A DNA stretch of 64,000 nucleotides from a phage, in sequence record PZ534512.1. One strand, given 5' to 3'. Under the pieces are notes generated by a model. It was given only the letters and a program-made list of their open reading frames with translations, was not told the origin of the DNA and did no database searches. Positions 56,317-64,000 of the stretch are shown here, piece after piece; the stretch's first letter is position 1, and the number at the start of each line of letters is the position of its first letter. The position numbers and the translations under genes are program-made.

Positions 56317-56654
56317 TGTTTATCTTTAATTGGTTTAAAAGTTTCTTTACGGATTTTTTCTCTACAACTCCCGGAGAAGGTGTAGTTCCTATTTCAAATG
56401 ACTACCTTCCTTTAACTGTAGTTGAATATGTTTATATGGGAGATGGAACAGTAGAAGCAGTTACTATGACTTATGAAGAAGCCCAAGAATATTATAAAAA
56501 TCCTTGGCGCTGGTCAACACCTACATCATCTAATACGCAGAATACACAGTCTAGTTCTGATTCATATGATACTAATGTTCCTGTTCATGTATGGACGGGC
56601 GATTCATGCGGAAGTTCTTGTGATTCTAGTTGTTCATCTACATCTTGTGATTGA
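56316..56654 (+). CDS. hypothetical protein with Ser/Cys-rich C-terminal tail (112 aa)
   Basis: C-terminus [18 protein letters not shown]; TAATG coupling. Confidence 0.5.
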   Translation: MFIFNWFKSFFTDFFSTTPGEGVVPISNDYLPLTVVEYVYMGDGTVEAVTMTYEEAQEYYKNPWRWSTPTSSNTQNTQSSSDSYDTNVPVHVWTGDSCGSSCDSSCSSTSCD

Positions 56655-57148
56655 GGAAAATTATGGAAGCAATTTTGTTTGAAATGTATATTAGCAGTGA
56701 TAGCATGTCGTTTGCTAAAGACGTTCCAATTACCGTAGCAGTAATGATTGATAAGGGTTATTGCGACCCAATGTATCTCGTAGAAAATTTCGTTTCAATG
56801 CCAGTTCCAGAAGATGCTGAAATAAAACTTAAAAAGATTGGTATTATTGAAACTGTGCCAAATATTCCATTTAGAGCAATTGAAGCATTTACTAAATCAG
56901 AATACATTAATGTTAACACAGAAAAATATAATGATGAACCTTTATCTTTTTATTCGTACGATTCAGTATATAGTTGGAAAATAGATAAAGGAAATAAATT
57001 TATAATTGTGGACGAAGATGCTTTATCATACTTTATTTCTTCTGTATGGAATAGTTTACATCCAAATTTGCTAAAAATTCATGAATTTGATGATGCTCCT
57101 ACTGTTGTTTTAGGTAAAACAGATGAAAGTTCTGAAGAAAATGCTTGA
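56651..57148 (+). CDS. hypothetical protein (165 aa)
   Basis: ATGA overlap. Confidence 0.5.
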   Translation: MRKIMEAILFEMYISSDSMSFAKDVPITVAVMIDKGYCDPMYLVENFVSMPVPEDAEIKLKKIGIIETVPNIPFRAIEAFTKSEYINVNTEKYNDEPLSFYSYDSVYSWKIDKGNKFIIVDEDALSYFISSVWNSLHPNLLKIHEFDDAPTVVLGKTDESSEENA

Positions 57149-57326
57149 ATGGTTCAGTAGACCAAACTCAATGTACATTGACGATGGTTGGGTTGAACAG
57201 GCAAATAAAGAAATGCAAAACGAATCAGAAGAATGGATGAAATCAATGATTAGTGCTGAGAAAGAAAAGAAATTAGAACGCTCAGCGCTTAAATTGATGA
57301 GAGACATCTATGGGGATAAATCGTGA
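57123..57326 (+). CDS. hypothetical protein (67 aa)
   Basis: overlaps upstream gene end. Confidence 0.4.
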   Translation: MKVLKKMLEWFSRPNSMYIDDGWVEQANKEMQNESEEWMKSMISAEKEKKLERSALKLMRDIYGDKS

Positions 57327-57334
57327 ACAGAGAT

Positions 57335-57487
57335 ATGACGTTAGAAGAGGCTAAAGCAAAAGCAAATGAAGCAATGGATTTGCTTCTTAAAATTGGCAGT
57401 AAAATGATGGAAGAAAATGAGAAATATATCCAGGAAAACAAAATTCCTGACGGTCCATTAGTAGGCAAAAGGAAATCACATGATTGA
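57335..57487 (+). CDS. small hypothetical protein (50 aa)
   Basis: below ORF-track cutoff; stop overlaps next start. Confidence 0.3.
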   Translation: MTLEEAKAKANEAMDLLLKIGSKMMEENEKYIQENKIPDGPLVGKRKSHD

Positions 57488-57962
57488 AGTAGCAAAACAT
57501 TATTCAATAGAATTTATGTCTAAAGAAGGTAAATCAGTAAATACGCTTGATAAAAATTGTTCATTAATTATTCCTTTAGCAGAAAATCCGGATATTTTAA
57601 TTAAAGATATAAAAGAAAGAAAATATCCAGAAAATGTTATTCTAATTATAAAGCATACTGAAGATATTTTGCAGAATACTGATTCACCGTTTTCTTCTTC
57701 TGAAGCTTTAACTATTAAAGGCTATAAAAGAGCTCATGAATATGGTCTTTTTGACCTGTTTGAAGATGATAAAGTTAAATTAGCGCTTAATTTAGCAGGT
57801 CAACCTTCCAAAAGTAAAACATTCATTATTGAAGATATTAAAGATATAAATGCATTTGTTAAGATGGTCTGGGCTCATTTTGATGTTGGACTACGTTGGA
57901 GAATGTCCGAAGAAGAAAGAAAGATTATTGAAGCTAATCGTCAATTTGGTTTTTATCGCTAG
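57480..57962 (+). CDS. hypothetical protein (160 aa)
   Basis: ORF track; tight packing. Confidence 0.5.
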   Translation: MIEVAKHYSIEFMSKEGKSVNTLDKNCSLIIPLAENPDILIKDIKERKYPENVILIIKHTEDILQNTDSPFSSSEALTIKGYKRAHEYGLFDLFEDDKVKLALNLAGQPSKSKTFIIEDIKDINAFVKMVWAHFDVGLRWRMSEEERKIIEANRQFGFYR

Positions 57963-57970
57963 GAATTAGT

Positions 57971-58153
57971 ATGGATTTATTTGAGATGTTAGAAGATAAT
58001 CATTCTACGAATATCCAGAATGATTCTAGTGATTATAAGAAAGAGTACCGTATAGTATTACAGAATTATGGAATTGAAGCCCCAGATGCTCTTCTAGAAG
58101 AACTGGCTTCATACCATCTTGACCCTCCGCCTTGGGCTCCCTGGGCAAAATAA
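57971..58153 (+). CDS. hypothetical protein (60 aa)
   Basis: AGGAATTAGT RBS. Confidence 0.45.
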   Translation: MDLFEMLEDNHSTNIQNDSSDYKKEYRIVLQNYGIEAPDALLEELASYHLDPPPWAPWAK

Positions 58154-58164
58154 TTCAAAAAGTT

Positions 58165-58194
58165 GTTTACTTTCCTTCCTAACGATGATATGAT
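58165..58194 (+). promoter_or_regulatory. T4-type early promoter
   Basis: GTTTAC-N18-TATGAT. Confidence 0.55.
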
Positions 58195-58220
58195 AGCTTC
58201 TGAAGTATACGGAGGCTATC

Positions 58221-58844
58221 ATGATTATTAATCTTGCAGATGTTGAACAGTTATCTATAAAAGCTGAAAGCGTTGATTTTCAATATGATATGTATAAAAA
58301 GGTCTGTGAAAAATTTACTGACTTTGAGCAGTCTGTTCTTTGGCAATGTATGGAAGCCAAAAAGAATGAAGCTCTTCATAGGCAGTTGAATAAAATCGTT
58401 AAAAAGCATTTAACTAAATCGCCTTATCAGTTATATCGTGGTATATCAAAATCGACAAAAGAACTTATTAAAGATTTACAAGTTGGAGAAGTGTTTTCAA
58501 CGAACAGGGTAGATTCATTTACTACTAGTTTGCTCACAGCATGTTCTTTTTCTTACGCTGAATATTTTACTAAAATAATACTTCGCTTAAAAACTGATAA
58601 AGCTTTTAATTACTCTGACCATATCAGCGATATTATACTTTCTTCTCCTAATACTGAGTTTAAGTACACGTATGAAGATACTGATGGGCTAGATTCAGAG
58701 CGTACTGATAACTTAATGATGATTGTGCGTGAACAAGAATGGATGATTCCAATTGGAAAGTATAGAATAACTTCTATTTCAAAAGAAAAATTACACGATT
58801 CATTTGGAACATTTAAAGTTTATGATATTGAGGTAGTTGAATGA
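58221..58844 (+). CDS. modB: ADP-ribosyltransferase ModB
   Basis: 207 aa; R-S-E ART motif elements (LYRG, FSTN, EQEWMIP); tandem with modA. Confidence 0.75.
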   Translation: MIINLADVEQLSIKAESVDFQYDMYKKVCEKFTDFEQSVLWQCMEAKKNEALHRQLNKIVKKHLTKSPYQLYRGISKSTKELIKDLQVGEVFSTNRVDSFTTSLLTACSFSYAEYFTKIILRLKTDKAFNYSDHISDIILSSPNTEFKYTYEDTDGLDSERTDNLMMIVREQEWMIPIGKYRITSISKEKLHDSFGTFKVYDIEVVE

Positions 58845-59443
58845 AATACTCAGTAATGCAACTAAAAGATTTTAAAATAAAATCAATGGATGCATCGGTG
58901 CGTGCTTCTATTCGTGAAGAATTACTTTCTGAAGGGTTTAATTTATCTGAAATTGAACTTTTAATTCATTGTATTACTAATAAACCAGATGACCATACTT
59001 GGTTAAATGAAATAATCAAATCTCGTTTGGTTCCAAACGATAAACCTCTTTGGAGAGGTGTTCCAGCTGAGACTAAACAAGTATTAAATCAAGGAATTGA
59101 TATTATTACATTTGATAAAGTCGTATCAGCTTCATATGATAAAAATATAGCTCTACATTTTGCTTCTGGATTAGAATATAACACACAAGTTATTTTTGAA
59201 TTTAAAGCTCCTATGGTATTCAATTTCCAGGAGTATGCTATAAAAGCTCTACGCTGTAAAGAATACAATCCAAACTTTAAGTTTCCGGATAGCCATCGTT
59301 ATCGTAATATGGAATTAGTTTCAGATGAACAAGAAGTAATGATACCAGCTGGAAGTGTATTTAGAATTGCAGATAGATATGAGTATAAAAAGTATTCAAC
59401 ATACACTATCTATACTCTTGATTTTGAAGGATTTAATCTATAA
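58841..59443 (+). CDS. modA: ADP-ribosyltransferase ModA
   Basis: 200 aa; R-S-E motif elements (LWRG, SAS, EQEVMIP). Confidence 0.75.
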   Translation: MKYSVMQLKDFKIKSMDASVRASIREELLSEGFNLSEIELLIHCITNKPDDHTWLNEIIKSRLVPNDKPLWRGVPAETKQVLNQGIDIITFDKVVSASYDKNIALHFASGLEYNTQVIFEFKAPMVFNFQEYAIKALRCKEYNPNFKFPDSHRYRNMELVSDEQEVMIPAGSVFRIADRYEYKKYSTYTIYTLDFEGFNL

Positions 59444-59500
59444 TGGAAGGACTTAGATTCATTATACCATGAAAGTTTTAAAGCATTTTTACATAAAGTT

Positions 59501-59530
59501 GTTTACAAGTTAAGGTAAAAATGTTATAGT
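59501..59530 (+). promoter_or_regulatory. T4-type early promoter
   Basis: GTTTAC-N18-TATAGT. Confidence 0.6.
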
Positions 59531-59565
59531 ATAGTAGTTAACCGTCCGTAAGATGTGAGAAAAAT

Positions 59566-60312
59566 ATGAAGCTGTCTAATAATCAAATTCGTAAAATTAA
59601 ACGTCGTCTAGAGCATACCCAGGCATCTGCAAAAAGACGTTCTAAAGATTTTAACTTAGACTTCAATTACATTAAGAACATTTTAGATCAGAAAGTTTGT
59701 GCTTACTCAGGAGAACCTTTTGATAATCGTGTTGAAGGAGAGAAATTATCATTAGAACGTTTTGATAATAACGTTGGATACATTAAAGGGAATGTTATTG
59801 CAGTAAAGAAAAAGTATAATACATTTCGTTCTGATTATACTTTAGAAGAGTTGATTGAAAAGCGTGATTTATTTGCTTTGCGAATTGGTCGTTCATCTGC
59901 GAAAAAAGTTCATAAACTAAATTTAGATGAAAAGAAATGGGCTAAAATCAAAAAGACTTATAATCAAATTAAAGCTATACAGAAAAAGCGTGAAAATCGA
60001 ATTGAACACATTTCTAAGCTTTCTAAATCAAAACAGACCTCTGATATTAAGCTAAGGATTATAGCACTTAAAGCTCGTATTGATGGTTCTCGCATAGCAG
60101 AAGGCGCTGAAGTTGTTAAATTGAACGTTCTTCTTAAAGGCTCGGATTGGAAAACTGTGAAAAAGTTGTCAGAAGCAGAAATGCAATATGATATGTGTGA
60201 TAAAATTATTCAAGGTGTAGAGCGGTATCAAAACTTGTCTTTTATTGATAAACTTAAACTGAAAAGAGGATACCCGCTAAATTGTTCAATTTTTAAACTT
60301 ATCCGAGGATAA
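59566..60312 (+). CDS. srd: Srd-position protein (248 aa)
   Basis: between modA and dda.1 as in T4; positional assignment. Confidence 0.45.
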   Translation: MKLSNNQIRKIKRRLEHTQASAKRRSKDFNLDFNYIKNILDQKVCAYSGEPFDNRVEGEKLSLERFDNNVGYIKGNVIAVKKKYNTFRSDYTLEELIEKRDLFALRIGRSSAKKVHKLNLDEKKWAKIKKTYNQIKAIQKKRENRIEHISKLSKSKQTSDIKLRIIALKARIDGSRIAEGAEVVKLNVLLKGSDWKTVKKLSEAEMQYDMCDKIIQGVERYQNLSFIDKLKLKRGYPLNCSIFKLIRG

Positions 60313-60313
60313 T

Positions 60314-60625
60314 ATGGTTTATGTATATGCGATAGTTTACCGAGACAAAGACGGATTTACAGCGCCAGTTCCACTTGATGAACATCGTCCTGCTGTATTT
60401 TTTGAATGGAATATTGCTGATAAAGTATTTACTACTCTTAAAGAGCAGTATCGACTAGCTTTAGGTAAGGGAATTCCAAGATTAGTTGAGACTCCACGTA
60501 AATTTTGGTTTAATAAAATAGAAGTTAAACATGTTAAGCCTGACGTAGACACACAAAGATTATATCAGCGAATTTTAGATACTGGGCGTATTGTTAGTAT
60601 ACCAATTGCAGGGAATTTACGATGA
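60314..60625 (+). CDS. hypothetical protein (103 aa; dda.1 position)
   Basis: ATGA overlap with dda. Confidence 0.55.
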   Translation: MVYVYAIVYRDKDGFTAPVPLDEHRPAVFFEWNIADKVFTTLKEQYRLALGKGIPRLVETPRKFWFNKIEVKHVKPDVDTQRLYQRILDTGRIVSIPIAGNLR

Positions 60626-61941
60626 CATTTGATGATTTGACCGAAGGCCAGAAAAATGCCTTTAACATTGTTATGAATGCTATTAAAGAAAAGAAACATC
60701 ATGTAACTATCAATGGACCTGCCGGTACTGGTAAGACTACTCTTACTAAGTTCATCATTGAAGCCTTAATATCTACGGGCGAAACTGGCATTATTTTAGC
60801 AGCTCCTACTCATGCAGCTAAAAAGATTCTTTCAAAACTATCAGGGAAAGAAGCGAGTACTATTCATAGTATTCTTAAAATTAACCCAGTAACATATGAA
60901 GAAAATGTCCTCTTTGAGCAGAAGGAAGTACCAGATTTAGCTAAATGCAGGGTATTAATCTGCGATGAAGTGTCAATGTATGATAGAAAGCTATTCAAAA
61001 TTCTGCTTTCAACTATCCCGCCATGGTGTACTATAATTGGAATAGGCGATAATAAGCAAATTAGACCTGTTGACCCAGGAGAAAATACTGCTTATATCAG
61101 TCCATTCTTTACACACAAAGATTTTTATCAGTGTGAACTCACTGAAGTTAAACGCAGTAATGCTCCTATTATTGATGTAGCTACTGACGTTCGTAACGGT
61201 AAGTGGATTTATGATAAAATTGTTGACGGTCATGGAGTACGTGGATTTACTGGTGATACCGCTTTACGCGATTTTATGGTAAATTATTTTTCAATCGTCA
61301 AATCTCTAGATGATTTGTTTGAAAATCGCGTAATGGCATTTACGAATAAATCTGTTGACAAGTTAAATAGCATTATTCGTAAAAAGATTTTTGAAACTGA
61401 TAAAGATTTTATTGTTGGTGAAATTATTGTAATGCAGGAACCATTAATTAAAACATATAAAATTGATGGAAAGCCTGTGTCAGAAATTATTTTTAATAAC
61501 GGACAATTAGTTCGTATTATAGAAGCAGAGTATACATCAACGTTTGTTAAAGCTCGTGGTGTTCCTGGAGAATACTTAATTCGTCATTGGGATTTAACAG
61601 TAGAAACTTACGGCGATGATGAATATTATCGTGAAAAGATTAAAATAATTTCATCTGATGAAGAATTGTATAAGTTTAACCTATTTTTAGGTAAAACGGC
61701 AGAAACTTATAAAAATTGGAACAAAGGCGGAAAAGCTCCATGGAGTGATTTTTGGGATGCTAAATCACAGTTTAGTAAAGTGAAAGCACTTCCTGCATCA
61801 ACATTCCATAAAGCTCAGGGTATGTCTGTAGACCGTGCTTTCATTTATACGCCTTGTATTCATTATGCAGATGCTGAATTGGCCCAACAACTTCTTTATG
61901 TTGGTGTAACTCGTGGTCGTTATGATGTATTTTATGTGTGA
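60622..61941 (+). CDS. dda: Dda SF1 DNA helicase
   Basis: 439 aa; Walker A GPAGTGKT; Walker B LICDEVSM. Confidence 0.95.
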   Translation: MTFDDLTEGQKNAFNIVMNAIKEKKHHVTINGPAGTGKTTLTKFIIEALISTGETGIILAAPTHAAKKILSKLSGKEASTIHSILKINPVTYEENVLFEQKEVPDLAKCRVLICDEVSMYDRKLFKILLSTIPPWCTIIGIGDNKQIRPVDPGENTAYISPFFTHKDFYQCELTEVKRSNAPIIDVATDVRNGKWIYDKIVDGHGVRGFTGDTALRDFMVNYFSIVKSLDDLFENRVMAFTNKSVDKLNSIIRKKIFETDKDFIVGEIIVMQEPLIKTYKIDGKPVSEIIFNNGQLVRIIEAEYTSTFVKARGVPGEYLIRHWDLTVETYGDDEYYREKIKIISSDEELYKFNLFLGKTAETYKNWNKGGKAPWSDFWDAKSQFSKVKALPASTFHKAQGMSVDRAFIYTPCIHYADAELAQQLLYVGVTRGRYDVFYV

Positions 61942-61947
61942 GGCTAT

Positions 61948-62208
61948 ATGATTAACATCAATTCAAAATATTTAAATCGTCTAATAGATGGTATAAGGAA
62001 GCATACTAATAAGCAAGATAATCTCGATGTTATGGTAACAGGAGCTGAGCTCCTTCATAAGCTTTATCTTATAAGTGATACTATATTAGCAATTAAACGA
62101 ATTGAAAAACAATCATATCACAGTAATACAGATACGGTAATTACACTAGATGAAAGTGTCTGTAAATTACTAATTAAATTTGAGGAAGCTATTCGTGGAA
62201 ATAACTAA
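61948..62208 (+). CDS. hypothetical protein (86 aa)
   Basis: first of three tandem ~86-aa ORFs. Confidence 0.45.
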   Translation: MININSKYLNRLIDGIRKHTNKQDNLDVMVTGAELLHKLYLISDTILAIKRIEKQSYHSNTDTVITLDESVCKLLIKFEEAIRGNN

Positions 62209-62440
62209 AGATCAGTTTTATCTGCTTCAAGATAAAGTGAGCGAAATTTATGAAATTGCTCATGGTAAAAATCGTGAAACTGTAAAAATTGAATCTAATA
62301 AGTTGATGCTTCAATTAGAAGAAATTGAACGAGATTTAATTGCGTTAGAATTCTTTTGTGGTGAAGTGAAAACTGTTACAATTAATGATTATGTTTTAGG
62401 CGAAATTAGCTATCTTTATGAGGCGATTATTAATGATTGA
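62180..62440 (+). CDS. hypothetical protein (86 aa), tandem paralog
   Basis: shares layout and motifs with the next ORF. Confidence 0.45.
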   Translation: MRKLFVEITKDQFYLLQDKVSEIYEIAHGKNRETVKIESNKLMLQLEEIERDLIALEFFCGEVKTVTINDYVLGEISYLYEAIIND

Positions 62441-62675
62441 ATTAAGTTGGTACCAATTTAAATCTCTTATGACAAATGTTAAAGCTGTCATTGAAGAAAA
62501 TCAGGGTCCTGAAAATATTACTATTCGCGAAAAAGCTTTAAAGATAGTATACAGTCTTGAAGAAATACAAAAAGACATTGAATCTATGGCAAAATTTATT
62601 GATGAGCCTATCAATAAAGTTTATATTCAAGACTATACTGTAGGTCAAATTCGTGATTTAGCGAGGAAAATTTAA
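62418..62675 (+). CDS. hypothetical protein (85 aa), tandem paralog
   Basis: shared motifs with previous ORF; TAATG coupling to dexA. Confidence 0.45.
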   Translation: MRRLLMIELSWYQFKSLMTNVKAVIEENQGPENITIREKALKIVYSLEEIQKDIESMAKFIDEPINKVYIQDYTVGQIRDLARKI

Positions 62676-63358
62676 TGTTTGATTTTATTATAGATTTTGA
62701 AACAATGGGAAGCGGTGAAAAAGCAGCTGTTATTGATTTGGCTGTAATTGCTTTTGACCCTAACCCAGAAGTAGTTGAAACATTTGATGAATTAGTTTCA
62801 CGTGGCATTAAAATCAAATTTGATTTAAAAAGCCAAAAAGGACATCGTCTTTTTACTAAAAGCACTATCGAATGGTGGAAAAATCAGTCTCCTGAAGCTC
62901 GAAAAAATATTGCACCATCCGATGAAGATGTAAGCACTATCGATGGTATTGCAAAATTTAATGATTACATCAATGCACATAACATCGATCCTTGGAAATC
63001 TCAAGGTTGGTGCCGTGGAATGTCGTTTGATTTTCCAATTTTAGTCGATCTCATTCGCGATATTCAACGTCTTAACGGCGTTTCCGAGAATGAGCTTGAT
63101 ACGTTTAAGTTAGAACCTTGTAAATTCTGGAATCAGCGTGATATTCGTACCAGAATTGAAGCACTTCTGCTTGTTCGTGATATGACCACATGTCCTCTTC
63201 CAAAGGGAACTTTAGATGGATTCGTTGCACATGATTCTATTCATGACTGTGCGAAAGACATCCTGATGATGAAGTATGCTTTGCGCTATGCTATGGGTCT
63301 TGAAGATGCTCCGTCAGAGGAAGAGTGCGATCCTCTATCTCTTCCAACAAAACGATAA
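62675..63358 (+). CDS. dexA: exonuclease A (DEDD 3'-5' exonuclease)
   Basis: 227 aa; MFDFIIDFETMG exo I motif. Confidence 0.9.
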   Translation: MFDFIIDFETMGSGEKAAVIDLAVIAFDPNPEVVETFDELVSRGIKIKFDLKSQKGHRLFTKSTIEWWKNQSPEARKNIAPSDEDVSTIDGIAKFNDYINAHNIDPWKSQGWCRGMSFDFPILVDLIRDIQRLNGVSENELDTFKLEPCKFWNQRDIRTRIEALLLVRDMTTCPLPKGTLDGFVAHDSIHDCAKDILMMKYALRYAMGLEDAPSEEECDPLSLPTKR

Positions 63359-63364
63359 AAAGTT

Positions 63365-63394
63365 GTTTACTTCCTCGGTTAGTTGTGGTATTAT
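63365..63394 (+). promoter_or_regulatory. T4-type early promoter
   Basis: GTTTAC-N18-TATTAT then ctactgaggataataaaATG. Confidence 0.6.
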
Positions 63395-63421
63395 AACACC
63401 ATAGCTACTGAGGATAATAAA

Positions 63422-63925
63422 ATGAAAATTTATCGTGTTGAATCATCATTTAGTATTCTTAATTATGAAGATGCTATAACAATACGTCGAGATCTTTGTG
63501 TTCAAATAACGCCGTACAGGAGTATAATGGATTCATGGAGCGAAGAGTGGTTATTACACGTAGGTTATGACAGACCTAATTTTATGCATCATAGTAATGA
63601 TAATAAAAGAATTCCTCTTCCGCACGAAGACAAACTATTAGTTAAAAATGCTAATATAGCAATTAATACTAATTTTGAGAAAGAAGAATATGTAGGCGTA
63701 GATCACTATATTCCAGGATGGTTTATAGCTCTTTATCATTTTGCTTTTGCTAGTGAATATGATATGATGAGATGGTTCACACGAGAAGAGCGTGAAGAAT
63801 TAGCTTCTAAAGGATTTTATCTCGCTGTATACGAAGTACCTGAAGATAAAGTTATCATTGGTGGGCATCAAGTAATGTTCCGCAAGTCACATGCCGAATT
63901 AAAAGGCTTTATTACCTTAGATTAA
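63422..63925 (+). CDS. hypothetical protein (167 aa)
   Basis: ATG after GAGGATAATAAA leader; ORF-track extension runs through promoter. Confidence 0.5.
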   Translation: MKIYRVESSFSILNYEDAITIRRDLCVQITPYRSIMDSWSEEWLLHVGYDRPNFMHHSNDNKRIPLPHEDKLLVKNANIAINTNFEKEEYVGVDHYIPGWFIALYHFAFASEYDMMRWFTREEREELASKGFYLAVYEVPEDKVIIGGHQVMFRKSHAELKGFITLD

Positions 63926-63935
63926 AGAGAAAATT

Positions 63936-64000
63936 ATGATTAAAAATAATGCTGTTTATCAATTGAAAAAATTTGATGAAATTAAGAATTTTTCGGTACT
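63936..64000 (+). CDS. hypothetical protein, 5' fragment (runs off window)
   Basis: AGAGAAAATT RBS then ATG; MIKNNAVYQLKKFDEIKNFSV... Confidence 0.35.
   Translation, partial: MIKNNAVYQLKKFDEIKNFSV

Noticed and set aside
57971-58153. DPPPW near the C-terminus of ORF 57971-58153 as a Dam-type DPPY motif
   Set aside because: The ORF is only 60 aa and lacks the SAM-binding FxGxG segment, so it is not a methyltransferase.

Overview
This window is a T4-like (T-even) coliphage early/middle region, read as the reverse complement of the conventional T4 map, so nearly every gene is on the + strand. Gene order runs: 7 tRNAs, segB, tRNA-Arg and a stable-RNA block; e.x genes; nudE; e (lysozyme, near-identical to T4 as I recall it); internal proteins; vs cluster and regB; tk; rI; the nrdC.x block; nrdC; pin; 49; nrdD (no intron); nrdG; nrdH-like; 55; a-gt; 47; 46; rpbA; 45; 44; 62; regA; 43; imm; 42; a glycosyltransferase; uvsX; 40; 41; a dmd island; 61; 56; soc; modB/modA; srd; dda; dexA. 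Assignments rest on protein lengths, motifs and my recall of T4 sequences; no searches were run. Regulatory architecture is typical T4: repeated early promoters (GTTTAC-N18-TAnnAT) with conserved leaders, MotA-box middle promoters, TATAAATA late promoters and UUCG-loop hairpin terminators. Against T4 as I remember it, the differences are: no denV, no dam and no segF; a DxD glycosyltransferase where T4 has beta-gt; an extra GIY-YIG endonuclease; and a capsid-targeting-sequence protein cassette beside the stable RNAs. The most interesting candidates are that cassette, a second small CTS ORF before gene 61, a macrodomain protein, an Acb2-like gene, the dmd-adjacent island, an antisense membrane ORF between 61 and 56, and several tandem paralog families with shared C-terminal tails. 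Coordinates of RNA and regulatory features were indexed by hand and may be off by 1-2 nt.
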